This document shows, piece after piece, positions 1-7,988 of a DNA stretch of 30,136 nt. A program made the position numbers and the translations under genes. A model generated the notes under the pieces. That model worked only from the letters and a program-made list of their open reading frames with translations, did no database searches and had not been told where the DNA came from. Origin of the DNA: a virus (taxonomy: Duplodnaviria > Caudoviricetes); the IMG/VR virus record IMGVR_UViG_3300020045_002073, positions 1 through 30,136 of that record, one strand, 5' to 3'. The stretch's first letter is position 1; every line of letters starts with the position of its first letter.

Positions 1-2
1 AG

Positions 3-77
3 ACACGACAAAAAGACCGTTTGATAAATTACGAAATGGAGTTTGAATATGCGTTTAACGATGTTAACAATATATAA
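3..77 (+). CDS. 3' end of a virion structural (tail) protein, truncated by the window edge
   Basis: Open frame TRQKDRLINYEMEFEYAFNDVNNI* ends with TAA directly before the ATG at 78. It resembles C-termini of tail-region proteins of Bacteroidota phages. Confidence 0.65.
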   Translation, partial: TRQKDRLINYEMEFEYAFNDVNNI

Positions 78-2405
78 ATGGTTGTAAAATTATACATAGG
101 TAACGAGGACTTAGATAGGTTCAAAGATGAAAGTATAGAGATAAACAGCTCTATTGCCAACATCAACGATATCACAAAAAATACTACTGATTATTCACGC
201 TCCTTTACCGTTCCTGCCACTAATAAAAACAATCGTATATTTAAACATTATTACGATGCTAATATAGATAATTCATTTGACGCAAGAGTTAAACAAGATG
301 GGCGTATAGAGTTGGATGGCATACCTTTTAAGTACGGTAAATTTAGGTTAGACAAAGTTAGTGTTAAGCAAGGGAGACCATATGCCTATACGCTTACTTT
401 TTGGGGCAATTTAGTTTCATTAAAAGACACTTTGAAAAATGATGAGTTAAGTTCTTTAGACTTTTCAGAATTTCAGCACACTTTCAATCCTGCAAATGTA
501 AAAACAGGCTTGACTTCAAGTTTGTTTTCTGGCAATTTAATTTATCCGTTATTCGTTAAAAAGCAATTGTATTACGATTCATCACAAGAGGGGACGAATA
601 CAGATAAGTTAGCTAATATATCTTATTTGCCTTTAAGTGCGAATACGGGTTTAAATTGGAATGAGTTGCGACCTGCTTTAAGAGTATTGAATATTATTGA
701 AGCCATCGAAACAAAATACGGGGTAACTTTTTCACGTGACTTTTTCGGGCGTACTGATTTTACAGAGTTATTTATTTGGCTTAATAATGATTCTAACTTA
801 GTCAATACACAAAATAACAAAGTCAGAATGGACTTCACTAATACTGGCGATATTGACGGCAGAGCTGGTGTCGTTGATATTGTAGAAGATACTTTTGTAG
901 CTGGAGGAAAAAGAATATATTCTCTTATCGATATAGTGCCGTCCTCAGGATATGAAAATGTAAAGTATAATATTGAGCATACAATCGATGGTAATTTAGC
1001 AGGTGGTTTTAGTCAAAGTACGGGGACAGATGTATTTTATTTTGATATAGAAAGAAACACAGGACAAAAACATTCTTGGTATATTTCAGCAAACCAAGAG
1101 TTTAAATTTACAAGTAAGTTAACGATTGAATTTAGATACGAAAGCTATCGTATGTCTGCTACATTCCCACAGCAAACAATTACGGGACAGTTACAGGTAA
1201 TTAATAACTTACCTAAGATAAAGATAATTGACTTCTTAAACGGATTATTTAAGATGTTTAAATTGGTGGTTATAGCTGACGAATACGATAATATCTATGT
1301 TGATACTTTAAAAAGTTTTTATTCTAAAGGTTCAATATGGAATGTTTCAAAATACATAAATGATAATTCAATAGATATCGAAAGGGGTTCGTTATTGAAT
1401 GAAATTAAATTTAAGTTTCAAGAGCCTATCACTATATTAAACAAACAATTTAAAATAAATACTGGTTTATCTTATGGCGATGAGGAAACGATATTAACGG
1501 ATGATGGTACGGCAACAGGTAAACCTTTAGATGGCGAAAGTTTATCGTATGAATTACCTTTTGAGCAAATTGTTTATGAGCGTTTAATTGATTTAAAAGA
1601 TAATATCAATACAAATATAATGTATGGAGGGATATTTGACGAAACAATTACACCTGTTAATCCTAAAGTACATTTGTTTTATAACGTATCGACAGCAGTA
1701 GGGACGAAAACTTTAGGATTTATAAATGATATAGGAGGAAAAGAGTTAATTAATGGCAGTGTAAACATAGCGAGTCATTCAATTGACTTTATTAATCCAC
1801 AATATAACTTAGTTTTTGGTATAGAAAATAATGAATGGAACGGTATAGCATCTGAGAATACCTTATATAAAAACTATCATAAAGACTATGTAGACTCAGT
1901 ATTTAATATTAAGCGTAGGAATTTTAAATATAAAGCGATTTTACCGTTAAGAATATTAACACAATTAAAATTGAATGATGTTTTACAGATTAAACATGAC
2001 TATTATAGAATTGATAATTACAATATTAATCTTTTAAGCGGTGAAGTATCTTTAAATTTAATTAACTCTTTTGATAATACAATCAATGGATTTAATGCTG
2101 ATGTAAACGTGTTATATGCTGATTACAGAGCACAAACACAAACGGTAACAATAACAAATTTAGGTGGATATAGTTATATAATAGAGTCAGGAACATGGCT
2201 GTCTTTAACAAGCTCAGGCGATAACGTTTACTTTGCATTTGAGGAAAACAATACAGGTGCAACACGTTCGACAAATGTATCAATTACTAATACAACGACA
2301 TTACAAGTAATAGATATATTTTGCCAACAAGCACCACGAATAGTAACAGCAGACAATAATATAATAACAGCGGATAACAACATAACAACAGCAGACAATG
2401 GCTAA
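78..2405 (+). CDS. Tail tip/baseplate-hub-like structural protein with a C-terminal BACON-like domain and TADNN repeats
   Basis: 775 aa, in the tail module upstream of the tape measure. The C-terminal WLSLTSSGDNVYFAFEENNTGATRSTNVSIT matches the BACON pattern (W.....N.....R...I.I). Confidence 0.6.
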   Translation: MVVKLYIGNEDLDRFKDESIEINSSIANINDITKNTTDYSRSFTVPATNKNNRIFKHYYDANIDNSFDARVKQDGRIELDGIPFKYGKFRLDKVSVKQGRPYAYTLTFWGNLVSLKDTLKNDELSSLDFSEFQHTFNPANVKTGLTSSLFSGNLIYPLFVKKQLYYDSSQEGTNTDKLANISYLPLSANTGLNWNELRPALRVLNIIEAIETKYGVTFSRDFFGRTDFTELFIWLNNDSNLVNTQNNKVRMDFTNTGDIDGRAGVVDIVEDTFVAGGKRIYSLIDIVPSSGYENVKYNIEHTIDGNLAGGFSQSTGTDVFYFDIERNTGQKHSWYISANQEFKFTSKLTIEFRYESYRMSATFPQQTITGQLQVINNLPKIKIIDFLNGLFKMFKLVVIADEYDNIYVDTLKSFYSKGSIWNVSKYINDNSIDIERGSLLNEIKFKFQEPITILNKQFKINTGLSYGDEETILTDDGTATGKPLDGESLSYELPFEQIVYERLIDLKDNINTNIMYGGIFDETITPVNPKVHLFYNVSTAVGTKTLGFINDIGGKELINGSVNIASHSIDFINPQYNLVFGIENNEWNGIASENTLYKNYHKDYVDSVFNIKRRNFKYKAILPLRILTQLKLNDVLQIKHDYYRIDNYNINLLSGEVSLNLINSFDNTINGFNADVNVLYADYRAQTQTVTITNLGGYSYIIESGTWLSLTSSGDNVYFAFEENNTGATRSTNVSITNTTTLQVIDIFCQQAPRIVTADNNIITADNNITTADNG
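2343..2399 (+). repeat. Three imperfect 21-nt (7-aa) tandem repeats encoding VTADNNI/ITADNNI/TTADN
   Basis: gtaacagcagacaataatata-ataacagcggataacaacata-acaacagcagacaat, read directly. Confidence 0.85.
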
Positions 2406-2937
2406 ACAAATAATAGGAATAGGAACAACGGCAGGCGACGGAACGGGTGACGTTTTAAGAGTTGCATTCGATAAAACAAATGATAACTTCGACGAGCTTT
2501 ATAGAGCTACTGGATTTCAAAGTATTTCAGACACGACAAATACACAAGCACTTACTGCTTTGACTGATAACTTAATTTCATTCTCAGCAACTCCCGAAGA
2601 AAATGGAGGTTTAACCCTAATGGATTCAAGTGCTAAAATAACACCCGTAGCACTTAACGACATTATAGGAGTTGATTTTTCATTTACGGGAGTAGTTCCT
2701 GTAGGTACAAACTTATCTTTATCCGTATTTTTAAAAGTTGGTGGCGTTAATTACAGGTCAGTTAGCCAACCGATCGTGAAAGGCGCTGGTTTAGATGATT
2801 ACTTTTCTGCAAGTTGGATATTACCAGTAGGAGCTTCATTCCTTAGTAATGGAGGTTTACTATATGTTAACCCGATTGTAGGGATGACCATCAAAAACAG
2901 ATATTTATGTGTAACCAGAATAGGAAAAGGAAAATGA
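2398..2937 (+). CDS. Short tail fibre/baseplate appendage protein
   Basis: The N-terminus MAKQIIGIGTTAGDGTGDVLRVAFDKTNDNFDELY is the T4 gp9/gp10-like N-terminal attachment motif. A beta-rich C-terminal domain follows. Confidence 0.7.
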   Translation: MAKQIIGIGTTAGDGTGDVLRVAFDKTNDNFDELYRATGFQSISDTTNTQALTALTDNLISFSATPEENGGLTLMDSSAKITPVALNDIIGVDFSFTGVVPVGTNLSLSVFLKVGGVNYRSVSQPIVKGAGLDDYFSASWILPVGASFLSNGGLLYVNPIVGMTIKNRYLCVTRIGKGK

Positions 2938-3074
2938 TAGCTGAGATAATAACATTACTACAATCTAATCCATTTTACGGGGCTGGTCAATATACCGAGA
3001 TAGCGAAAGGAAAAAATAGTTTGGATAATACATTTAAAAAAATAAAACGCATATGGCTATCGAGAAACAAATAA
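2934..3074 (+). CDS. Small hypothetical protein (46 aa) upstream of the tape measure; not in the ORF track
   Basis: MIAEIITLLQSNPFYGAGQYTEIAKGKNSLDNTFKKIKRIWLSRNK*. It has an ATGA overlap with the previous stop and fills the gap. Confidence 0.65.
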   Translation: MIAEIITLLQSNPFYGAGQYTEIAKGKNSLDNTFKKIKRIWLSRNK

Positions 3075-4606
3075 ACATTGTAGTTAAGGAAACTGGAATC
3101 GACAAGGTTAATAAACAAGTTGATGAGCTGAATAGTTCGCTTAATAAAGTTTCTAAAACAAACGATGGTGTTGCTAAATCTATGGGAGACAGTTCAAATG
3201 CTGTCTTAGATAATGGTGGTGCAATGGGATTGCTTAACGATGCAACAGGTGGACTTGCTATGACTGTAAAGGATGCAGTTGAAGCGTCTGTTTTATTTAC
3301 TAAAAGTCAAAAGTTAGCGTCAATACAGCAAGCGATTTATAGTACCGTTGTAGGTACTTCGACAGGCGCAATGAAGTTGTTTAGAATTGCTTTGGTATCT
3401 ACTGGTATAGGTGCTTTGGTTGTGGGTTTAGGTTTGTTAATTGCAAACTTTGATAAAGTTAAACAAGCAGTTTTGAATGTTGTTCCGGGACTTGCAAAAG
3501 TTGGGGATTTTGTAGAAAATTTAGTAAACGGATTTACTGATTTTATAGGGGTTACAAGTGAAGCGGAAAGAGCCTTAGCAAGTTTAACAGAGCAAGCGGA
3601 TAAATCTTTAGCTATGAATAAAAAGTTCATGGCTGAGGAGGGCGATTTAGTTAATAAATATACAAAGGCTAAGATAGATGCAAAGAATGCGTATAATGAA
3701 GCTATAAAAGAGGAGGGCGCAAATCAAAAGAAACTTGCTGAACGTTTGAATCGTGAATTATTAGCTATTGACAAAATGCGTAATGAAGATTTAGAAAAGG
3801 TTAGAAAAGACGCACAAGATAAAGAAGATGAAGCAAATAAAACAAGAACTGAAAAACAAAAAGCAGACAGATTAAAAGCATCAGAGGACGCGAAAAAAGC
3901 GCAAGAGGACGAAGATAAACGAAAAGAAGAAAAGATAAAATTAGATGCTGAAAAAGCTATTGCATTAGACGAGGAAATTAAACAGGCTCAGTTAGATGTT
4001 GAGGAATTTAGCATTAAAAAAGCAGAAGAAAAAACAGAGAGAGAAGATGCTGAATCGGCAAATAGAATAGCAAGGATAATAAACGAAAGCGATGAAGAAA
4101 AAAGACTTGCAGAAGAAAAAATAAACTTAGAAAATCAGGTTAAGGATGCAAAATTAGACATAGCAAACCAAACACTTTCTTTAATAGGAACCTTTGCAAA
4201 AAAAGGTAGTAAGTTAGCAAAAGGAGTGGCAGTAGCACAAGCCACTATGTCAACTTATCAAGGTATTACAAACGCATTTAGCGCACCATCAACAGTGCCA
4301 GAGCCTTTTGGAATGGCTTTAAGAATAGCAAACGCATCCGTTATTGGAGCGTCAGGATTTGCAAATGTTAAGAATATATTAGCTACTAATGAATCTGGAA
4401 GTGGTGGCGGTGGTCAATCGAGTGGAGTAAGTGCGCCGTCAGTTAGCGCACCATCTTTCAATTTAGTACAAGGAACAGGAACAAATCAAATAGCACAAGG
4501 ATTATCTCAACAAGTAGCACCGATTAAAGCATATGTCGTAAGCTCAGATGTAAGCACTTCGCAAAGTTTAGATAGGAATATAGTGAGTGAAGCATCACTT
4601 GGTTAG
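3053..4606 (+). CDS. Tape measure protein (probable)
   Basis: 517 aa, Ala/Lys/Glu-rich helical coiled coil with a hydrophobic segment ALVSTGIGALVVGLGLLIANF. The C-terminal IKAYVVSSDVSTSQ motif is typical of these TMPs. Confidence 0.75.
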   Translation: MAIEKQINIVVKETGIDKVNKQVDELNSSLNKVSKTNDGVAKSMGDSSNAVLDNGGAMGLLNDATGGLAMTVKDAVEASVLFTKSQKLASIQQAIYSTVVGTSTGAMKLFRIALVSTGIGALVVGLGLLIANFDKVKQAVLNVVPGLAKVGDFVENLVNGFTDFIGVTSEAERALASLTEQADKSLAMNKKFMAEEGDLVNKYTKAKIDAKNAYNEAIKEEGANQKKLAERLNRELLAIDKMRNEDLEKVRKDAQDKEDEANKTRTEKQKADRLKASEDAKKAQEDEDKRKEEKIKLDAEKAIALDEEIKQAQLDVEEFSIKKAEEKTEREDAESANRIARIINESDEEKRLAEEKINLENQVKDAKLDIANQTLSLIGTFAKKGSKLAKGVAVAQATMSTYQGITNAFSAPSTVPEPFGMALRIANASVIGASGFANVKNILATNESGSGGGGQSSGVSAPSVSAPSFNLVQGTGTNQIAQGLSQQVAPIKAYVVSSDVSTSQSLDRNIVSEASLG

Positions 4607-4614
4607 CAAAAATA

Positions 4615-4638
4615 TAACAATAGTAACATAATTTAGTT
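4615..4638 (+). promoter_or_regulatory. Putative late (ECF-sigma-like) promoter TAACAA-N15-GTT
   Basis: The same motif and spacing occur at 7651-7674 and 21022-21045. It is intergenic, upstream of the head genes. Confidence 0.45.
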
Positions 4639-4660
4639 TAATTATAAATAACAAAAAAAT

Positions 4661-5035
4661 ATGAAAGTAGAAGAAATAAAATTAGCGTTTGAAAGTAATC
4701 AAAAAATCGAACTTGCTTTGATTGATGATATTGCCAAAATGAATAGTAATTCAGTGACTATTTTAAAAAATGCGGATGTTTCTTGGAAAGCATATCAGGA
4801 TTATTTAACAAAGGCGGATGTTCCTTATAAAAAAATGATTAGCACATATAATTCAGTTGGTAATGTAGAAGCTGATAGCAAAGCACTTGCTAATAAAGTT
4901 CAATTACAAGCAAAAGAATTGGGAATTTCACCAAGTCAAATAAAGGGTTACGATGCTTTAAATCAGAATGCAACAGTAGCAAAAGAAATTTGGTCAACAA
5001 TAGCAGGTTTTAAAGACCCAAGCACATTTCAATAA
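4661..5035 (+). CDS. Hypothetical helical protein, possible internal head protein
   Basis: 124 aa, immediately upstream of the prohead protease. Carries N-terminal EEIKLA and KIELA motifs. Confidence 0.6.
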   Translation: MKVEEIKLAFESNQKIELALIDDIAKMNSNSVTILKNADVSWKAYQDYLTKADVPYKKMISTYNSVGNVEADSKALANKVQLQAKELGISPSQIKGYDALNQNATVAKEIWSTIAGFKDPSTFQ

Positions 5036-5036
5036 T

Positions 5037-6134
5037 ATGAAAACCTACCAAGCTAAATATAATCCACTTACAAATAAAGGAGTTTATGGTATTTCTTTAG
5101 TTGAAAATCCAGCTATGGAGGGTTTGTTTATTGCTTTATCTAAGGACGAGAAGATACAATTTAAGACCGTAGACGAGGAACAAAAGATTTTAATGGGTTT
5201 GGTTTTAGAACCTAATAAACCTATTTATCGGAATCAAAACGGTGAGGAATTTAATATAGTTTTTAATGAGGAAACTATAAAAGAATTATCATACGGTTTC
5301 TTTAAAAATAACAGTCATTCAAATAGCACTATCGAACATGATGTTAAACAGAATATTCAAGGTGTTACGTTTACTGAAAGTTGGATAGTTGAAAACCCTA
5401 CAAATGATAAAAGCAATAATTTTGGTTTTAGTTATCCTAAAGGTTCATGGGTTGCTGTTATGAAAGTTGACAGTGAGGAAGTATGGAATGATTATGTAAA
5501 GACAGGCAAAGTGCAAGGATTTTCAATTGATGCGATGCTGTCGTTAGAAGAAGTAAATTTAAAAACAAATATAAATATGAGTGAACAAGCAAAAACAAAC
5601 TCTTTACTTGAAAAGATTTTACTTGCTTTCAATCCTGCAAAAACCGAAATAAAGTTAGGTGAAGTTATGCTTATGGATGGAAGCGTTAAGATTGAATTCG
5701 AGGGAGAGGTTTTAGAGGCAGGAAAATCATGCTGGGTAACTGCCGAAGATGGGACGAAAGTTCCTGTACCAGTAGGTGAACACCCTCTTGAAGATGGTAC
5801 TATCTTAGTTGTAGTAACTGAGGGTATAGTTGAAGAAATTAAACCAGCAAGCGAACCAGCAGGAGAGCCTGCGCCTGCACAAGATTTAGGAAATGAAGAT
5901 GGCAAAGTGTCTAACGATGCTAAAATAGCAAGTGAAATTGAAAGCGCAATTAAATCTATTTTGATTAAATATACAGCGCAAGAAAAAACAATTTCAGAAT
6001 TAAAAGAGCAAATAACTGAATTGTCAAAACAACCAGCAAGCAAACCAATTAATGGTACGCCTGTACAAATTGACTTTTCTAAAATGAGTGCAAAAGAGAG
6101 AATTTTTAATACAATCAATAAAAACAAAAACTAA
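5037..6134 (+). CDS. Prohead protease (XkdF-like) fused to a scaffold domain
   Basis: ISLVENPA, STIEH, ESWIVE and VKTGKVQGFSID motifs. Acidic/coiled-coil C-terminal half, directly upstream of the capsid gene. Confidence 0.8.
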   Translation: MKTYQAKYNPLTNKGVYGISLVENPAMEGLFIALSKDEKIQFKTVDEEQKILMGLVLEPNKPIYRNQNGEEFNIVFNEETIKELSYGFFKNNSHSNSTIEHDVKQNIQGVTFTESWIVENPTNDKSNNFGFSYPKGSWVAVMKVDSEEVWNDYVKTGKVQGFSIDAMLSLEEVNLKTNINMSEQAKTNSLLEKILLAFNPAKTEIKLGEVMLMDGSVKIEFEGEVLEAGKSCWVTAEDGTKVPVPVGEHPLEDGTILVVVTEGIVEEIKPASEPAGEPAPAQDLGNEDGKVSNDAKIASEIESAIKSILIKYTAQEKTISELKEQITELSKQPASKPINGTPVQIDFSKMSAKERIFNTINKNKN

Positions 6135-6137
6135 AAT

Positions 6138-7046
6138 ATGGCTACAACTACAACAGTAACATCTAACTATGCAGGCAAAGAAGCAGGCGAGATAGTAGGA
6201 CAAGCATTTAAGGAAGCGGATACAATTGTAAAAGGATTTGTAACTGTATTTCCAAACGTAAATTATAAACTTAATCTTAGAAAAATTGCCCTAACAGGTG
6301 GTAAAAGAGAATACACTTGTGGACACGTTCCTGCTGGAGCTATTACACTAAGCGAAAAAGTTTTAGAACCTAAGAAATTCAAAGATGACTTTGAAGTTTG
6401 TAAAGAAGATTTCAGAGCGCAATGGAGTGAAGATTCTATGGGTGCAAGCGCTCATAATGATAGTGCGCCTAAAGATGTAATGGACGCAATCCTTGTTGAA
6501 AAATTGGCTCAAACTGCTGAGGAATTAGACGACAATATTTGGAACGGCGACGCTACAAACGCAGACGAGTTTGATGGTTTCTTGAAACAGTTTTTAGCTG
6601 ATGCAACTGTTATCGATGTTGATTTAGACACGGTTACTGAGGCTAACGTTGAAGCTCAGATTAAACTTGCTATTAACTCTGTGCCTATCGACACAAGAAG
6701 AAAAGGTTTAAAAGTTGGTGTTTCTCCAGACATCGCACAATACTATAATTTTTGGTTGATTTCAAAAGGAATTTCTAACGGATTGGGTGGCGATGCAAAT
6801 ACAACTTTGAAGTTTGGTAAATACATGATTGAAGAAGTTAACGGATTACCAGCTAATACAATCGTTATTGCTGAGCCTAAAAACTTAATCTTTGCAACTG
6901 GATTGTTAGCTGATCATAATGAGGTAAGAATGATTGACCAAGACGATACTTTACTAAACGGCAAAATTATCGGAACTATGGTTTACAATGCTGGAGTAGG
7001 TTACTACAACGGTGCTGAGATTGTTTGGGCAAGACCTATTGCATAG
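6138..7046 (+). CDS. Major capsid protein
   Basis: 302 aa, downstream of protease/scaffold. Contains IWNGD...FDGFLK. Size and position fit an HK97-fold MCP. Confidence 0.85.
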   Translation: MATTTTVTSNYAGKEAGEIVGQAFKEADTIVKGFVTVFPNVNYKLNLRKIALTGGKREYTCGHVPAGAITLSEKVLEPKKFKDDFEVCKEDFRAQWSEDSMGASAHNDSAPKDVMDAILVEKLAQTAEELDDNIWNGDATNADEFDGFLKQFLADATVIDVDLDTVTEANVEAQIKLAINSVPIDTRRKGLKVGVSPDIAQYYNFWLISKGISNGLGGDANTTLKFGKYMIEEVNGLPANTIVIAEPKNLIFATGLLADHNEVRMIDQDDTLLNGKIIGTMVYNAGVGYYNGAEIVWARPIA

Positions 7047-7059
7047 TTAAATAAGTAAC

Positions 7060-7083
7060 AAGGGCGGTTTAGTTATCGCCCTT
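7060..7083 (+). terminator. Stem-loop after the capsid gene (weak terminator or mRNA-stabilising hairpin)
   Basis: aagggcggt-ttagtt-atcgccctt, 9-bp stem with one G-U pair and a poor U-tract. Confidence 0.55.
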
Positions 7084-7102
7084 AATTTAAACAAATAATT
7101 AT

Positions 7103-7612
7103 ATGACTTGTGATATTACAGCAGGTAGAGAAAAGGCGTGTAAGCAAGGTTTAGGGGGTATTGGGAAACTATATCTTTTTAACTTTGTCGAAAATCCTTT
7201 TACGGTATTGGCAGGGGTTGCAACTGCAATCAATCCACTCCTTACAACAGTCTTTGAGTATGAACTTGAAGGAGATGGAAATAATGTTGCTGAGTCTTTA
7301 GTACCAGACAGAAATAATGGTACGACAGTTAACACACAAACAAGTACTTTTGTACTTAAGAAAATTGACGCAGTTACTTCGGCTCAAATGAACATTTTAG
7401 CTTACGGTTTCCCTATGGCGGTTGTAAAAGATAGAAACGGTATTTTTCACGCTATCGGAATCGATGACGGTATAGATTTTACAGTTGCACAGTCAACTGG
7501 TGGAGCAAAGGCAGACTTAAACGGTTACACTCTTACGGGTGTTTCTACAACAGGTTCGTTATCCCCTAAATTAGACGCTACAACTGTTACAGCATTTTTA
7601 GCTTTGGTTTAA
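7103..7612 (+). CDS. Major tail tube protein (probable)
   Basis: 169 aa, beta-rich. MTCDITAGREKACK..GG start and TGGAKADLNGYTLT motif. Follows the MCP and ends in a strong terminator. Confidence 0.65.
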   Translation: MTCDITAGREKACKQGLGGIGKLYLFNFVENPFTVLAGVATAINPLLTTVFEYELEGDGNNVAESLVPDRNNGTTVNTQTSTFVLKKIDAVTSAQMNILAYGFPMAVVKDRNGIFHAIGIDDGIDFTVAQSTGGAKADLNGYTLTGVSTTGSLSPKLDATTVTAFLALV

Positions 7613-7638
7613 TTCTTTTTTATTTTTTATTTTAAATT

Positions 7639-7671
7639 AACCGCTTTTCGTAACAAAAAAGCGGTTTTTTT
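7639..7671 (+). terminator. Rho-independent terminator with an embedded TAACAA-N15-GTT promoter-like motif
   Basis: aaccgctttt-cgtaacaa-aaaagcggtt, followed by further Ts. Confidence 0.8.
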
Positions 7672-7682
7672 GTTTTTAATAT

Positions 7683-7988
7683 ATGAAGAAAGTTGACCCA
7701 AACGATACAACGCATTTAATCGCAATTATTCCACGCTATTATGCTGATGGGGAAATCGATTTGTTTTTGTATAACGAATTAACGCAAGTAGAAACCACAT
7801 TTACTCCTATTTACGTTACACAAAACGGAATAATGACATTAACTTTTGATTTTAATTTTTTGGAAAATGATAAATATCAGGTTAAAATAACAGATGCAAA
7901 CGGTATAATTTACAGAGATAAGATTTTTGCAACTTCTCAGATAACACAAGATTTCAAAGCAACAAACGACCTATACTTCTATGAGTAA
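7683..7988 (+). CDS. Hypothetical virion protein (101 aa)
   Basis: Beta-rich ORF that overlaps the portal start. Confidence 0.65.
   Translation: MKKVDPNDTTHLIAIIPRYYADGEIDLFLYNELTQVETTFTPIYVTQNGIMTLTFDFNFLENDKYQVKITDANGIIYRDKIFATSQITQDFKATNDLYFYE

Noticed and set aside
481-496. Dispersed 16-17 bp exact matches (481 with 5626; 2564 with 19906)
   Set aside because: They lie inside unrelated coding regions and are plausible by chance in 30 kb of AT-rich DNA. No reverse transcriptase or adenine-specific mismatch pattern supports a DGR.
2934-3074. Tail-assembly-chaperone frameshift before the tape measure
   Set aside because: The only slippery-like site (A AAA AAT) leads straight to TAG in the -1 frame.
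5492-6127. 211-aa minus-strand ORF and other antisense or nested ORFs in the track (e.g. 623-838, 3337-3630, 19163-19510, 24273-24611)
   Set aside because: They are shadows of well-supported plus-strand genes, with no motifs or initiation context.
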